Assembly: GCA_029953675.1 (NCBI GenBank)
Contig: JAMWBK010000013.1
Coordinates: 930,001-994,000, forward strand
DNA: 64,000 bases
DNA from: Rhodosorus marinus CCMP1338
Lineage: Eukaryota; Plantae; Rhodophyta
Reading direction: 5' to 3'
The notes under the pieces are model-generated. The model was not told the DNA's origin, did no database searches, and was given only the letters and a program-made list of their open reading frames with translations. Shown in pieces: positions 25,590 through 38,532 of the stretch. Position 1 is the stretch's first letter. Each line of letters starts with the position of its first letter. The position numbers and the translations under genes are program-made.

Positions 25590-27040
25590 GCCCACCGGTT
25601 TTCCTCGTTGAGATACCCTTTTAGAATGGAGTTGGCATCCGAGGGGCGCCGGTAGCTCGCTCCGCAGCATGTCTGCTGGTGTGGATTCGTCTCAGGGTTT
25701 TATTCTCTATAGAACTTTCCAGATCGATTAAGAGTTGTAGAGACAAGCATCCGTCTGTGTCTGATCGTTCCCACCGGTTTTCCTCCTCATTGAGATACTT
25801 TTGGAGAATGGAGCATCCGGAGAGGCGCCGGCCGTTCGCTCCGCAGCAGGTCTGCTGGTGTGGATTCGTCTCAGGGTTTTCAGCTCTATAGACCTTTCCA
25901 GATCGATTAAGAGTTGTAGAGACAAGCATCCGTCTGTGTCTGATCGTTCCCACCGGTTTTCCTCCTCATTGAGATACTTTTGGAGAGTAGAGTTGAGTCT
26001 GCGCACATGACTGTGTCTGATCAGTCTTTGCTCATTGAGATACTTTTAGAGAACGGGTTGGCGACCCCCAAAAGGGGGGTTTTCCCGGTGTGGATTCGTC
26101 TCAGGGTTTGATCTCTATTGAGCATTCTAGATCGGTCAAGCGTTGAAGAGCCAGTAGAGAGCGAATACAGACAATATTCGCTCTGTCTGATCTTTGCCAC
26201 GGCTTTGTCGGCTTCCCTCATTGAGATACGTTTCGAGACCGGATTGTTCTTTCGAAGGACCTCCGGTGGTCTTCTGGTGTGGGATCGTCTCAGGGTTTTT
26301 GATCTCCGTAGAGCTTGCCAGACCGATCAAGCGTTGGAGAGCCAGTAGAGACAATCACCTGTTCTGTCTGATCATCGCCACGGCTCCATCGCCATGGCGG
26401 TCCCCATTGAGAGTGGATTTGTAATCCGAGGGACTTGCGGAGGTCTTCCGGTGTGGATTCGTCTCAGGGTTTTGATCATCATCCGTTTATTCAGAGCCAA
26501 ACTATACTGAGCAGCGACAAACAAGACGGTTGTTGATCCCTGTAGAGCTTTCCAGCAATCAAGCATAGAGAGCAAGTAGAGGCAAGCATCCGTTTGTGTC
26601 TGATGGTTCGCATCGCTCTCCTGATTGACATACTTTTGGAGAATGGATTGTCGACTTCCAGCGGAGCTTTTTGTGGTGTAGACTCGTCTCAGGGTTTTGA
26701 TCTCTGTAGAACTTTCCGGATCGATGAAGCGTTGGAGAGCCAGTAGAGAGCCAATAGAGACAAGCATCCGCTTGTGTCTGATGATTAGTTCGCACTTCTT
26801 GCCTTACTGAGACACTTTTGGAGAAAGGACCCGTCTTCTGGAGGAAGTTTTCCTCGTGGGGATTCGTCTCACCGTTTTGATCATATATATATATAACATA
26901 CATATCCATTGATCAGTTTACTCGGAGCCTGTCAACCCTGAGTAGCGCTTTGATGTCCGTAGAGCTTCCCCTATCGATCAAGCGTTAGCGAAGGCCTGGA
27001 AGAGACAAAAGCATCCGTTTGTGCCTGATGATTCTCACTG
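25590..27040. repeat. Degenerate tandem array of about 180-bp units (7 full plus a partial one)
   Basis: Conserved box GTGGATTCGTCTCAGGGTTTT or a variant starts at 25681, 25860, 26090, 26279, 26453, 26678 and 26858 (periods 179, 230, 189, 174, 225, 180). Confidence 0.92.
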
Positions 27041-27389
27041 ACGCGATAGCTCAATCTTTCCGATTGAGCTATCCCGTACTTGAAACGGACCTGAATTTCC
27101 CTCTCGCCATGTTCTACTAGCTTTTGTGAATCTCTGCATTGACGAACCCCAACATAAGCAATTAAGTGCATGAGCAATCGGTGAGGTCATAGAGAGAGGA
27201 GCCACGCGCGATCTTCCAACTGGTCAGGTAGTAACTTTGTACAAAATCTAGAGGCTAAGATTTCACACCCACTAGAGGTTGGTGAGAAAACTTGAAACCA
27301 TACCAACTCTTGCCGGAGGGTCAGGGACGCCTGGCATCGACGGCTAATAGTTTTTCGACCGAGCGGGCTGCAGTTGATACACAAAAGTC

Positions 27390-28715
27390 CTATTCGCTCT
27401 CTAGGTCGGTCTTCCTATAAAACAAGAGGTACGCCGTCTTCTTTGGCTTCACCGGAGTGAACAATTTTCGCCGAAGTGAGGCTTCGTCTATCACGCTAAC
27501 GTCGGAATCGTCGAAGCAGTACCATCCGTTCTCGTTGACATAGGCATAGTAATGCCCAGAGGTCATGGTGCTTCCCTCATGGACAATGACAGCGTCTAGT
27601 TGGTACATTGATTCTCCGCTGCCATTGCTGCACCATCGGGAAAAGCAAATGCTCTGAGGACATCTCACTGATGCTGCTACCTATGAACACAAATGAAAAC
27701 CAGATTGGGTGTTCCAAATTGAGCAGCTGAGGAGAGGGAGCAATCCTCGCTCTTGGGATGCCCTGGGGCCACGCTCGGAGCTCACCTTTCCCTGTATGTT
27801 TCTGTCGTACGTGAAAAGCTTAAGGTGCAAGGTAACAACTGGCGGGATGGTATTCAGCTGCCACCACCGTTCTGCTTCGGTTTTGGTTAGGCAAAGCTCA
27901 CAATCGTATTTGTCGGTTAGCGTCTCTCTCTGGACCTGTTGAGATAAAGCCCACGAGAGAGAACACCCGCTCTGAACGGGGAGGCTGACGTCCAGAAAAG
28001 ACTCTTCTCGTCGCTTCACTGTGTCGCACTCAAAGCACCTGGTGTATGTGGCACCTCCTCCCTCGAACAGTTTCTGGAATGGATTCTCTTCAGATGACTT
28101 TCTGGGGCGCTTCGATACTTGCTGATACGCTTGGTGGGGGTTGCTACTGGGGCGGCTCGCTCTGAACGCGTCGCTGACTTTGTCCAGCAGAAATCGAAGA
28201 AACTCATGTGCGTCCTCCTGATCGTACCCGGTGAAATCGGAATTTTGTTCCCTCAGAACGGATAGGAAATGGTTAGGTGGGATGGACTGGGACACGTTTC
28301 TCCTCTCTACATCCGCCATCTGAACGAAAAGCCGCTTCAATGACAACGCGAGAGCAACCCGGTATGGATCTGCGTCTTCGGGCGGATTCCACTCGGAGAG
28401 CGCATCTCGGAATGATTTCAAATGGTACAAAACTTGGAGAACAGAGTTGAAATAGCAAGTATTTCCCAGGTTGAGAAGGCCGGGAGGAAACGCCCTCTCC
28501 ACCCCTTCGTTCTTAAGCTCGCCTCCTTCATCTCCGCTCTCGCTCGTCACCGACGTCACCGACTCGGAGTTCACATTCTTCCTCCCCACGTTCCCTCCGT
28601 CAGAAACACTTCCGCCAAGCTGAGCTGTCACCACGTCCCCCTTGCCTCCTCGGCTCAACTGCAAACGTAATGTCCGCGTTGATGACCTCGCATCTGTCGC
28701 CGACAACGCAGTCAT
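27390..28715 (-). CDS. Ubiquitin carboxyl-terminal hydrolase (USP, peptidase C19; USP12/46-like)
   Basis: Cys box GLLNLGNTCYFNSVLQVLY; QEDAHEFLRFLLD; His box YQLDAVIVHEG...SGHYYAYV...WYCFDDSDV; one intron. The 5' end is uncertain. Confidence 0.93.
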
Positions 28716-31625
28716 CCAAAAATCCCAGGAACTACCCTCCCCCCCCCTCCCTCGCTCACCAGAACATCACCAAATTATCAATTCTCACAGCAAAATTGCC
28801 CCCTTCCCTCTTCCAACCCCCAAAACCCTCTCCCACTACAGCACCACTACAACAACCAAACACACCACCACCCCCCTCCCCACCTTCCCCGGAAACAAAA
28901 AAAATTAAATATCAAAAATACGGATTCACTCCTAACACGGAAGAAGCTTTGCGTAACCCCCCTTCAAAAAAATATAAAAATTGACCACGGGAATCCCGCT
29001 TCCCCACCTTAGCAATACTCTTTTCTACTTCTTCTCCAAACGCCAGCATCCATCCCCGTCACCTTCCTCCCGACGTTCCGAAGCATCCAAACAAATTTAC
29101 CCCTATGCCAACGTACATAGTAAAAGAGCAGAGGGTACAACCAGGTCTCTACCCTCTCTCTGACCTAAATTGAAATTGACTATGCTCGAAATAGTTTTAT
29201 AATATAAATCTTTGCTTTCTTTTCTAACCCACCCCCCCCCCTTGCATGGAGTGTTTTTGTGTGAGCTACCTTATAAAGAGAGCAGTGTTGGCGGATCACT
29301 CACATAGCTCACCCCAATTGACTCGCTTTTTTAGGTCATTCTCTCCAGGGGTGGGTCGAAACTTTGTCATTAAGAAATGAGATTTATTACCTGGTTGTTA
29401 TGGAGTCACTTTTTTCCATTGACTATGTAAACGGTAATATATTATGGGCTATTCTTGTATTTCGAATGTTGTTTTACAGGGGGGAAAGGGAGTAGATTAT
29501 GATTTTTAGTTTGAGTTGTGGAACTCGTAACCCGACTTTGTTGAGGGAAAGGCGAGGGGGGGAGAGGATATAAACGTTTCCAATGGGATTGATGCAAATA
29601 TGAATGTTTAATGAGGGGGTAACATTGATAGAATAGGTTTTTTCGAATTGAATAAATAAAACCAAAATGGATTTATTGCGTCACTCGTTCGTTAAGACTA
29701 GGGGGTGGTCGTTCATTCTTTGCGACATTCAGTCACCTGCACCCACCGGTTATGCATTCAACAAGAAATCTTTACCCCTAGACTCGACTCTTTGCCTCCG
29801 TTGACTAATAATTTATATTGGTAATTAGATATCCGCGGAGAAATGCAAACACATAGAAGGGGGTGGGAAGAGCTGCGGACGTGCGAAAATGATTTTCTTT
29901 TTTTTAGAGACTTCAGTCAATTTTTGATGATGATTGAACTGAAAACGGTTGAGAGGATCCTGAAGAGAACGGACCTAAAATTGGTGTTGAATGGAATCCG
30001 GTCCACACTGGGCTTGTTTGGTGCTGGGTTCACAGTAGTGTCGTTTTAAGATGGTTTAAGTAATGAAGAAGCTCCGAACTCATGCATAGGGGTAAAAGAG
30101 TCAGGCCGTGATTGTGGATTTTGATGCATCATGGAGGCCGGAAAGGAACCTAGAATCTTGCTGGGGTGAGCTCGTAGACACCTAGGAGGAGTCCGAGGAG
30201 TCCATGAGGCTGTCATTCTTAATAATTGGAAGGATTTACCTATTAAAAAGATGAACATGCCTTTGCTCAATTCCCTGAGTAGTAGTTCGTCTTCATTCTG
30301 AGTGCTGGGCTGAAGCCCCGCTCTTGCAAGACCGGCTATCATCGTTCTCTTTAAAAAGGACTATACACGTGAGAATTTGAGCGACGATGAAAAACGTGCA
30401 AGTCATGCGCTTGCTCGAGGCCCGTGCGCACTTAGCGCCGGATAATTTCAGAGCCAACCCGGAGTGTTGATCCGGTTTTCGGACTTAGTACTGTCCGCAT
30501 TCCACTGAGAAAATATGCTTCAAATATCTTGGAAAGGCCAAAAATGGCACCAAGTAAATGTCCAGCACCGCTACAATGTCGTCCTACTGTGATGAGTCAT
30601 ATGCAGTCACTCTGGAGCTCGTCTTCGGTCATCACTGAGTGAACTCCAGAACGTTCAAAGTCTTATAAATTCGAAAAAAACGAATCCTAGTGTATTAACA
30701 CCAACCACAACGAAATTACAGAAACGCAAAATCAAAATCATTAAATATTAACAAAATACAAAATATACAATCAATACTAGATGGGTTCGAATCGTAAGAC
30801 TGTAAGCATTTACTTGTTTAAAATTCATTTTGAACCATAGCTCAGCTTTCATTGGTAAACAGGAACTACCATTTAAACGAATTATACTCCCATGAAAAAT
30901 TAGCCTATTTTATTGGTTAGTATTAGTATCAAATGATGGGGAGGCCTCTCCAATTGGTAAAAAACGGCTTCCCTTTTTAAAAAATATCACATTTCAACAA
31001 GACCTTTTCATACTATCCACAGTACATTTCGACTTTTTCTCAACCCCTATCATCGTTTTTCTTGAAAAGATTTAGGGGTATAGAACAGAACAAAAAGCTC
31101 TTAAATGATAAAATCTGTTGGATTAGAAAAATAACAGGGGGGGTATTTGTAGGCACTATAATAAATATCTAAACCAAGTTTCAACCCCTGCATATGTTTG
31201 TGGTTTCAATAGCAAACGACACGACATTTTACTAAACGCTAGGAGTGTTCCGTCAATATGGGATAGGTGACGGCGACAGGGCGGACGACTATAACATGAC
31301 TTGATGACGACGTTGTTGACGGTGGGGAGGTTGGGGAGGGGGTGAGAAGAACGGGTATTGGATAGCAGGTCGAAAACTGTTTGTGTATTTTGGAAAACCA
31401 ATTTATTTTGCAGAGGAGGTTTTTTTTTTGGTTATTTGTTGTTTTTGCGAGTGGTTTGGTGGGTTTTTGTGAGGGGAACCAACCCATGTGGTTAGATAGA
31501 TTGGGAGAATGGGAGGGGTTGAGGAGGCTCTTCGGGAGCGAAGAACGGTAAGCTTGTTCGCCTTGGTTTTTTGTGAACGATTTTATCAGAATTTTGGTTA
31601 AGGGCTGAGAACTTGTTTTTGTTTT

Positions 31626-33086
31626 GTGACGAAACGACAGGGAAATCCGTTGGAGTTCAATTTGATCGAGCACAGACTGTTCGGCGAGGACGTGAGAGAC
31701 CGGGTTAGGATTTTGGAGGAGCTAGATAAGCTGGGCGCAGGAGATGCTGTAGAGGATGAGGGTGTACAGGTACTATTGGGTCACGTATTAGGGTTTGAGG
31801 CGAGCCGAGTTGTTCGGCCAGATGAGGTTTTCAGAACGTATGTAAAGCTGTTGCTCAACTTGGCATCATCGAATGCGAAATATGTAGAGGCCTGTCTAGC
31901 GGCTTTCTCGCGGCTACTTTTGCTGCCGAAGGAGTTCGCGCAGGTGCGAGAGGAGGTGATTTTGTGTATTCAGCGCGTCCTGGGTTACCATTCCGCCGCT
32001 CCAGCGCTTTTCTGTAGGATGCTCGCGAAAACGTTTCCACATCAGAGGAGAAGCGTCGAAGACATTGTGAGCTTCAGTTCAGCGCTGTTGTTACTCGCGG
32101 AGAAGACCAGCAGCAGCTACCTGTCGGAACAGGTTATGCTCTTAATCGTAGAGAAAATTACCATCATAGACGCTGAGGCGGCGAGCAAAGGGGGTGCTAT
32201 AGAGGAGAGCTTGAGGGAAAAGCTGGACAATATGCTGTACCTAGCGTTTCTGTACATAGAGGAGCACGTCAGTGACTCCAGCGCGAAGGGTATGGTGCAG
32301 TTTGAGCATATTTACGCTGCGTTCGAGAAGTCTATACTACCGGCCTACAGATCGTTCACGGCGCCGTATATTCTGTTTTACCTCTGCGGGCGGTCTCAAC
32401 GATTTTTGAGCATGGTGGATGATCGCCTACGGGCAATCTTTTTCGATCGTGAGCTGCCCACGATTTTGCGCAAGAACTCCATCCTGTACTCAACGGGACT
32501 GATCAGCCGCTTGTCTCGTGCGGATAATGACTTGATTCTTGGATGGCTGCGGAGTGTCGTTAATTTCCTCCACTCGTATTTGGGCGCTTGCGAAGCTGAC
32601 CTGGAGACGGTGGACACTGACATGCACAGTACATATTATGTCGCGTTTGCCTGCACTATGCAAGTTGTGGTCCGTCGCGGAGGTTCGTTCATCATGCAAG
32701 CAGACAATGCGGAAAGCCTGCGTCAGTTGAGACTTGCGGCGATCATACGTTCGCCGTTGAAACCTCTGAGTGTCCAGTCGACACCACTGGCAGAGGAATT
32801 TTGCGACCTTCTTACAAATTTTGATATTGTTGACTGTACTAACAAGTTGGAGGGTGGACTGGCGACTGTCCCATCGAGGACGAGATGGGGTAGGAGGAAT
32901 CGGATTGAATTGCATCTGCCGTTTGAACCCGTTAACAGTTTAGAGTTGTCCCATAATTTCTTGACCGCATATCATATCGGGGAAACGGTGGCGGGGGAGG
33001 ACGAGCACGCTGGCAAGTCCTGCGACATGGAGGTCCGGAGTGATTTCGACTCTTCGCTGTCCGAGCCAGTGAAACTTGTACAGTAG
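31626..33086 (+). CDS. RRN3: RNA polymerase I initiation factor RRN3 (divergent); true start uncertain
   Basis: 486-aa helical ORF with EKLDNML, FEKSILPAY..F..YILFYLC, HSTYY, L..II.SPLKPL, LPFEP. The order and spacing resemble RRN3 motifs. Confidence 0.75.
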   Translation: MTKRQGNPLEFNLIEHRLFGEDVRDRVRILEELDKLGAGDAVEDEGVQVLLGHVLGFEASRVVRPDEVFRTYVKLLLNLASSNAKYVEACLAAFSRLLLLPKEFAQVREEVILCIQRVLGYHSAAPALFCRMLAKTFPHQRRSVEDIVSFSSALLLLAEKTSSSYLSEQVMLLIVEKITIIDAEAASKGGAIEESLREKLDNMLYLAFLYIEEHVSDSSAKGMVQFEHIYAAFEKSILPAYRSFTAPYILFYLCGRSQRFLSMVDDRLRAIFFDRELPTILRKNSILYSTGLISRLSRADNDLILGWLRSVVNFLHSYLGACEADLETVDTDMHSTYYVAFACTMQVVVRRGGSFIMQADNAESLRQLRLAAIIRSPLKPLSVQSTPLAEEFCDLLTNFDIVDCTNKLEGGLATVPSRTRWGRRNRIELHLPFEPVNSLELSHNFLTAYHIGETVAGEDEHAGKSCDMEVRSDFDSSLSEPVKLVQ

Positions 33087-33672
33087 CTAGGAAATTTTGC
33101 AATAAAAACAGTTGCAGAGAATTCAAAGCAAACAACGTCCCACCCAGGTGGTGCATCCGGACAGGGCGCTGCCGTGGACTCCGATGCCTGGGCGACAACC
33201 GGGGAAGCAGGACTAGGCTCTCCTCTATAACGTGCCAGCCAGGTGGCGCATTCGGACGGGGCTCGGCGGTGAACTCCGATGCTCGGCGGCAACCGGGCAT
33301 CCAGGAATAGGCTCTCTTGTACAAAAACTATTCATATCCCTCTTTTATTTTCCCGTTAACGTCCAGAGGGGACGTTTTAAACGCTCGGTAAAAACTAAAA
33401 AAAACTCGTTTTTGCCTTCTGATATAATCCCTATCGTCGCTCTAATAGTGCGCACGCCGTAATAGTTAGTGAGATTGCATTGTACTGTCATAATAAAGAT
33501 TTTCATTCATCGGCGGATCAATCGTTTCCCTTCCGGCCGCTAATTTTTATCCCCGGGGCCCTTCCCACCCCCTCAGTCCTGCCCACCCTGGTCGTCAGAC
33601 CCGCCACAGTCATGTCTTCGGAGTGTCTTGTTAGTGGTTTGTTAGATTTTGAAAACTCGAATTTTGTGTTTG

Positions 33673-34739
33673 TTATCGATTCAACGAGGCCACTCTCCTT
33701 TCCTGAAGGAACACCGTATTCATCCAAGCTCCATCCGCATTGTAGCATCGAGCAATACGTATTCTTTCATCCGGCCGAACGAGAAACGCGAGTTCGACTA
33801 CGAAAGGTTCGCCTCGGGTGATAATTATAGGACTTGCAATAGATACGCCACCTGGGAGAAGAAACATCTGCACTCCGGCATTGGCGAAGAGGAGGATGGA
33901 TCCATCCCTCGTGGCGGTGGATTGAACTTCTCGGTGTTGACCTCCTGATCGACGAGAAGACAAAATGTAGAAAGTTGTTGTTGCGGATCTGGGTCAGGAA
34001 TCTGGAGATCGAGGAGGTTGGCGATTGACGGCGGGGCGAGTGGAGCACACTTACCGATCACGGAGAGCGACGATACTTGGTGAAGATTTCCGTTGAGGTT
34101 GAAATTCAGTCGTATTCTGGAGCTGACATCAATGGATCTTCCAGACTGTCGATGTGTAATGGTTCCAGACCCTTCCCACGTTCCAAGATAATAGTCGAAC
34201 AAAGCGGCGGAGGAGTTCCATGCGGAGGGCTCGATGGCCCGTTGGATGGTATTTGTACGTTTTTCCCTCGCGACGATCAGGCCGGACAGTTTGCCTTCCC
34301 AATCGTAAGCATAGGAAGCACATACTCGGATATCTGAAGCCACAGCGCCCTGATCGATCTTGAAATTCTCACCAAAGATCGCGCTGGGGCCTAGCGAGTA
34401 CGTACCGCTCTCAATCGCGGCCCCATACAGGTCCACATCCCGTCGCGTCCATTCCACGTCCTCGATGTCTACATCGCCACCTTCACGATACGCCTCAGTC
34501 CGCCATCTAACGCCCTCCGGATCATCCACCCTCTCCACCGACGCACTTGTCCTCACATCCAACAACTCCACACCATTCCCATTATACAAAACACGACGCC
34601 CTTCCCATTCCCCAACATTATTAACAAACCCTGACCAACTCATCCGGCCCGAACCTTCAACAAATGGACCAGATCCTCCTCCAATACCTCGATCCCACTT
34701 CCTCCCATCCTCTCCTCTAACCATCCATCTCCTGTCCAT
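33673..34739 (-). CDS. DUF3598 (BFA1-like beta-barrel) plastid protein, one intron
   Basis: SWSGFVNNVGEWEG at the start; YLGTWEGSG; LLPGGVSIASP....GEPFVVELAFL..PDERIRIARCYNADGAW at the end. The start codon is uncertain. Confidence 0.8.
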
Positions 34740-36951
34740 CAATCCCCCCACCAACCCCACCCCCCCCCCCTCCCTTCCCTAAATCCTATACAAAAACCCT
34801 ACCTCAACATCTTGTTCACAAGCACACCGTTTCCATCCTAATAAAGATCTTCCAAGAAGCCCTCAAATCACATTGAATCGGAAGAACAACAGTGTCTCCA
34901 AAACCAATCCACTCTCAATATGTCCATCCATCGAGTCCATACAAAGCTTGAAAAGCGAAACCTTTCTTCTCTACTCCTTAAAAATCACATTTCACTTCCC
35001 TCACCCCCCACCCTCCACCCCTCCCCTTCCTCAGCATCACTCCACCTCCACACCGTTCTCAACCAGTCAGGAAAGGCAAAACCAATATAGCTTTCTCTCT
35101 CTCTCGCTCTCTCTCTTCTGTTCACTCTCATGAAAAGGCTATTCTCTCTCTTCCGCTTCCGCACCCCTACCACCCTAAGCACAAAGCTAAAAGGAAAAAA
35201 GAAAAAGGACAGTTGCGCCCCTAAGCTTTCCTGTTTTGAGAATTCGTCGTGCCTTAAGCAACGGCCTAGTAAAAGGCTTCCAACCCGGTGACGGACAGGA
35301 AGCACAAGGGGGAGACAGTGTGCGTTTGGCCGTTGTTTTCAGGATGAAGAGAGAGAGAAAGAGAGGGACTTCATTCGGAAAAAAAACACATGTACAAAAA
35401 TTTGGATCCGTAAAGCGAGTTTGGAAAACGAACGACAGCTCTAAAGGCCACAAATGGAATTTTTGCGATGAGGAAAACAGTGCAAGAGGAAGACATGGAA
35501 ATGACCAAAAGAGTTTCCATCCCATAATGAAAAATCGATCCATGAGGAAAAAAACAAACTCTAGCGGCGGTCCGGTGAGTAGAGGAGGAGGGGGCGGGCC
35601 GGGGAAGAGAATGAGGAGGAGAGGGAATAGAGAAGAAGGGGGGGGGGGGAGGAGGATGAAAGGGAGGATGAGAAGGTTGTGGTAAGGTGAAAGGGATCGG
35701 GTTAGTTTTCCATTCAAGGTAAGATTTCTATCTCTTCTACTTCAACAAAAACATCAAGACATGCGGAAAAAGCATCTGTCTCCTTTTTCATTCCCTTTTC
35801 CCTTTCATTTTGATCATCTGGTTGTAATAACAACGTATCCCTACCACATCTTTTGTTTCTTAGACCCCCACTCTGGCATCATCGTCGGACAACTTTAGGT
35901 TCACCCCTAAAACCTCCCCCCCTTCCATGCAAGGAATGGAACAATTTAATCACATTTTCTAAATTTTTGACCACCCTTTTCGCGTTTTTATTTAATCAAA
36001 AAATTATGGACTGCCTAGTTTTTGTGATTCTGGTCTTAAAAAAATGGAAGACTAGTTGAATAGTAGTTAATAATTAAAGTTATATATAGTAGAATACGTA
36101 AATTTTGAATATTTCGGGTTTATTTAGGAAAATCACTGACGTTTTGATTGGTGTCAATGTTATCCGGTTGTATGAAAAAGATGTACCCCCCCTCCCGTTC
36201 TAAGTTGATTTTTGTCCTGTGTTTTTTAGTTTTTGCGAGAAATTGTTCAGGTTTGGGAGGAGGTCGGGGGGTTAATTTTTTTTCGTTTGAGGGGGTGGTG
36301 AGGGAAATTTAGAGGTGGAAACTGTGGTGATGTTGACGAATAGGAAAGTGGGAATGGGTCAATCTCCGTTAGGAAGATGTATGTAATTATGTAGACTTTT
36401 GCCATGATGATTAGAAATATTAATAAAAATATTCATTGCATTATCTGTGGTTGATTGATAAACTAACACGTGTCCTTAAGTACGGTCATTGAGTGTGGCA
36501 GCTTTTCATTGGTACTTTTGGTATTTCCGTTAAATTTGAGACAGAGAGTTTTGGATCCTGCAGTCGGTGGAGGCGACATTTTGGTGGTCGATGGGGGCTG
36601 GAGAGATGGATTAGATTGAACCGGCAACAGGGTGATTTGCGGCTAGCTTTTTTTTTGGTTCGTTTGAAAGGATAGAGATGATTTTGCGCTGTCAGTTGAC
36701 TTTTGACACGACAGTAGCTCAGGTGAGTCTCACAATTTCTCCTACCCGTTTGGCAAGGATGGGTACTGATTTCTTCTTGGTGGATTGTACTTTGCTTGTT
36801 TCGTACTAACAAGTCATCCAGATATAGAATTAGCAGCTAATATTTTCTTTACAAGAAGAAAATCCGCTTTCCCATACAAGCCTTGGGCAACGCTGATGAA
36901 TTCACGCCCTACAATCACAATGACTTCGTTCTTGGCCCTCCCTCCTTATCC

Positions 36952-38224
36952 TCATGACTTAACAAGCGCAACATCCGCTGGCAGCTCTTCAAACGCGTTC
37001 TCAGCGTTCGGTCCGTAAACATCGTCCAGATACTTCAGAATATATTTGCTTTCAAATAGGGCAAGTCCAGTATTAGGATCCTCAAGGTAGGGTACCTGGA
37101 AGAGTCCCAAATTTTCCTTCATTTCCGCCCGTTTCCGAGACCCCCGAGATGTCGTTTTGCAGAGGTATGGAATCTCGTACTCGCACAGTCTCTCCCGGAC
37201 CACTTTACAGAATGGACTGGGTTCGTATCCCCAATAAGTAAGTGGTTTTTCAGGATAGACAACCTTTGACGCACGTTTAGACCCTTTCGCCGCTCGAGCA
37301 AGGCTTGCCAGCCCAGATGAGATAGTAGTGACCGCCCCCGCGTTCAGCGCCAACGGAACAGTTCCATCAGCATAGGTTTCGAACAGGTATTTGATGATAT
37401 CGTCGCTCTCATAGCCAGCAAAGGTTGTATTGGGATCTACGAGGTATGGAAACATCGATTTTCCCCCCATTTCGACCAGTTTCGGGCGAAATCTCTGTCC
37501 ATCTATAGCCAAACCAGAGATAGCGCGAAAACAGGCACAAGAGACCTCAGTTTTGATGATTTTCGGCTTCTTCAAACGATCCGAACGCTTTGCTCGCAGC
37601 ATACCTTTGGGACAGGGATAAACGTAGCAATCAAGGTCAAGGATATTCAACGCTTCCCTCACTTTGCGGCAAAACGGGCAGCTCTCGAACTCATAGAGCT
37701 CCAGTGGCAACTCCGGACGAGCTGTTGGGAGAGATTTTGACTCCTCGACCAGTTTTCCATCCTGAATAGAAGCGTAGTATCCAAATACAAAAAGCCCAGT
37801 ACCTGCTCTCGCAAGAGTTCCAACGGCGCCCATCATGGTATCCACAAGCATGTCCGGGTAAGGCTGGAGCATTTTCAGCTCTGGTAGTTCAAAGTCCTTC
37901 GGAGCAACAGGTCCTGGGTACGGAACTGTTGGAAAGAAAAAAACAAAAACGAAAAATCCAGATCCAAAAACCGTATCTGCGTGTAAGCACGAGCGACAAC
38001 AACCCCCTAACTGGCAACTGCCTATCCCTTCAAAATGGTCCATTCTCACCCGTTGGAATCGCGTCCAAATTCTTCGACTTTTGCTCCTCCACTATCTCAC
38101 CGGCCTCCTCACCACCATCCTCACCCACCGCTCGTGCCCTCACTGCAAACCGCCGGCTCGCTGAACATCCTGCTGCAACGCTCTGCCTCCTTGAGTTCAC
38201 AGAAACGACCGATAAGAAAGCCAT
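36952..38224 (-). CDS. Plastid thioredoxin-fold protein with two GST-N/glutaredoxin-like domains
   Basis: MAFLSVVS transit peptide; LELYEFESCPFCRKVREAL; FPYLVDPNT...YESDDIIKYLF; YEPSPFCKVVRERLCEYEIPY; QVPYLEDPNTG..LFES. Confidence 0.9.
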
Positions 38225-38532
38225 TTCCTTTTTACAACCCTCTTACTCCCAAAATTTCTCCCGGCAGAAAACTAAAGACCAGATCGAGTTGAGTCTTCAC
38301 CCCGTGCCCCGCTCTTCCTCCCTCCCACAACTCCCCCAGAATATGCGAAAACCTTCAGATCCTCTTTAAACCGTGTTCCACTCATTTTCCATGATCTGTG
38401 GCTTCGAAATCTTTTCCAAGATACATGAGTTTCACCTATCAAGGACATTGATTGGTGACAGGACGGGTGACCCTACCCGGCCGAAAAATTTCTATTATAT
38501 TAGAGTTCTTACCGCACAACGGATTTTGTTGC

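Noticed and set aside
25590-27040. CRISPR-array interpretation of the 180-bp repeats
   Set aside because: The variable segments are homologous to each other rather than unique spacers, the units are too long, the context is eukaryotic and there are no cas genes.
25590-27040. C/D snoRNA cluster on the minus strand (ATGAGGA ... CTGA)
   Set aside because: The putative C box is not conserved across units and the terminal stem is weak. It remains only a remote possibility.
30784-30793. GGTTCGAATC, tRNA B-box-like
   Set aside because: There is no cloverleaf or A box in the AT-rich flanks.
35458-35465. AATTTTTG Sm-site-like motif and the basic ORF 35236-35685
   Set aside because: No snRNA core motifs are present, and the ORFs on both strands are explained by purine/pyrimidine low complexity.
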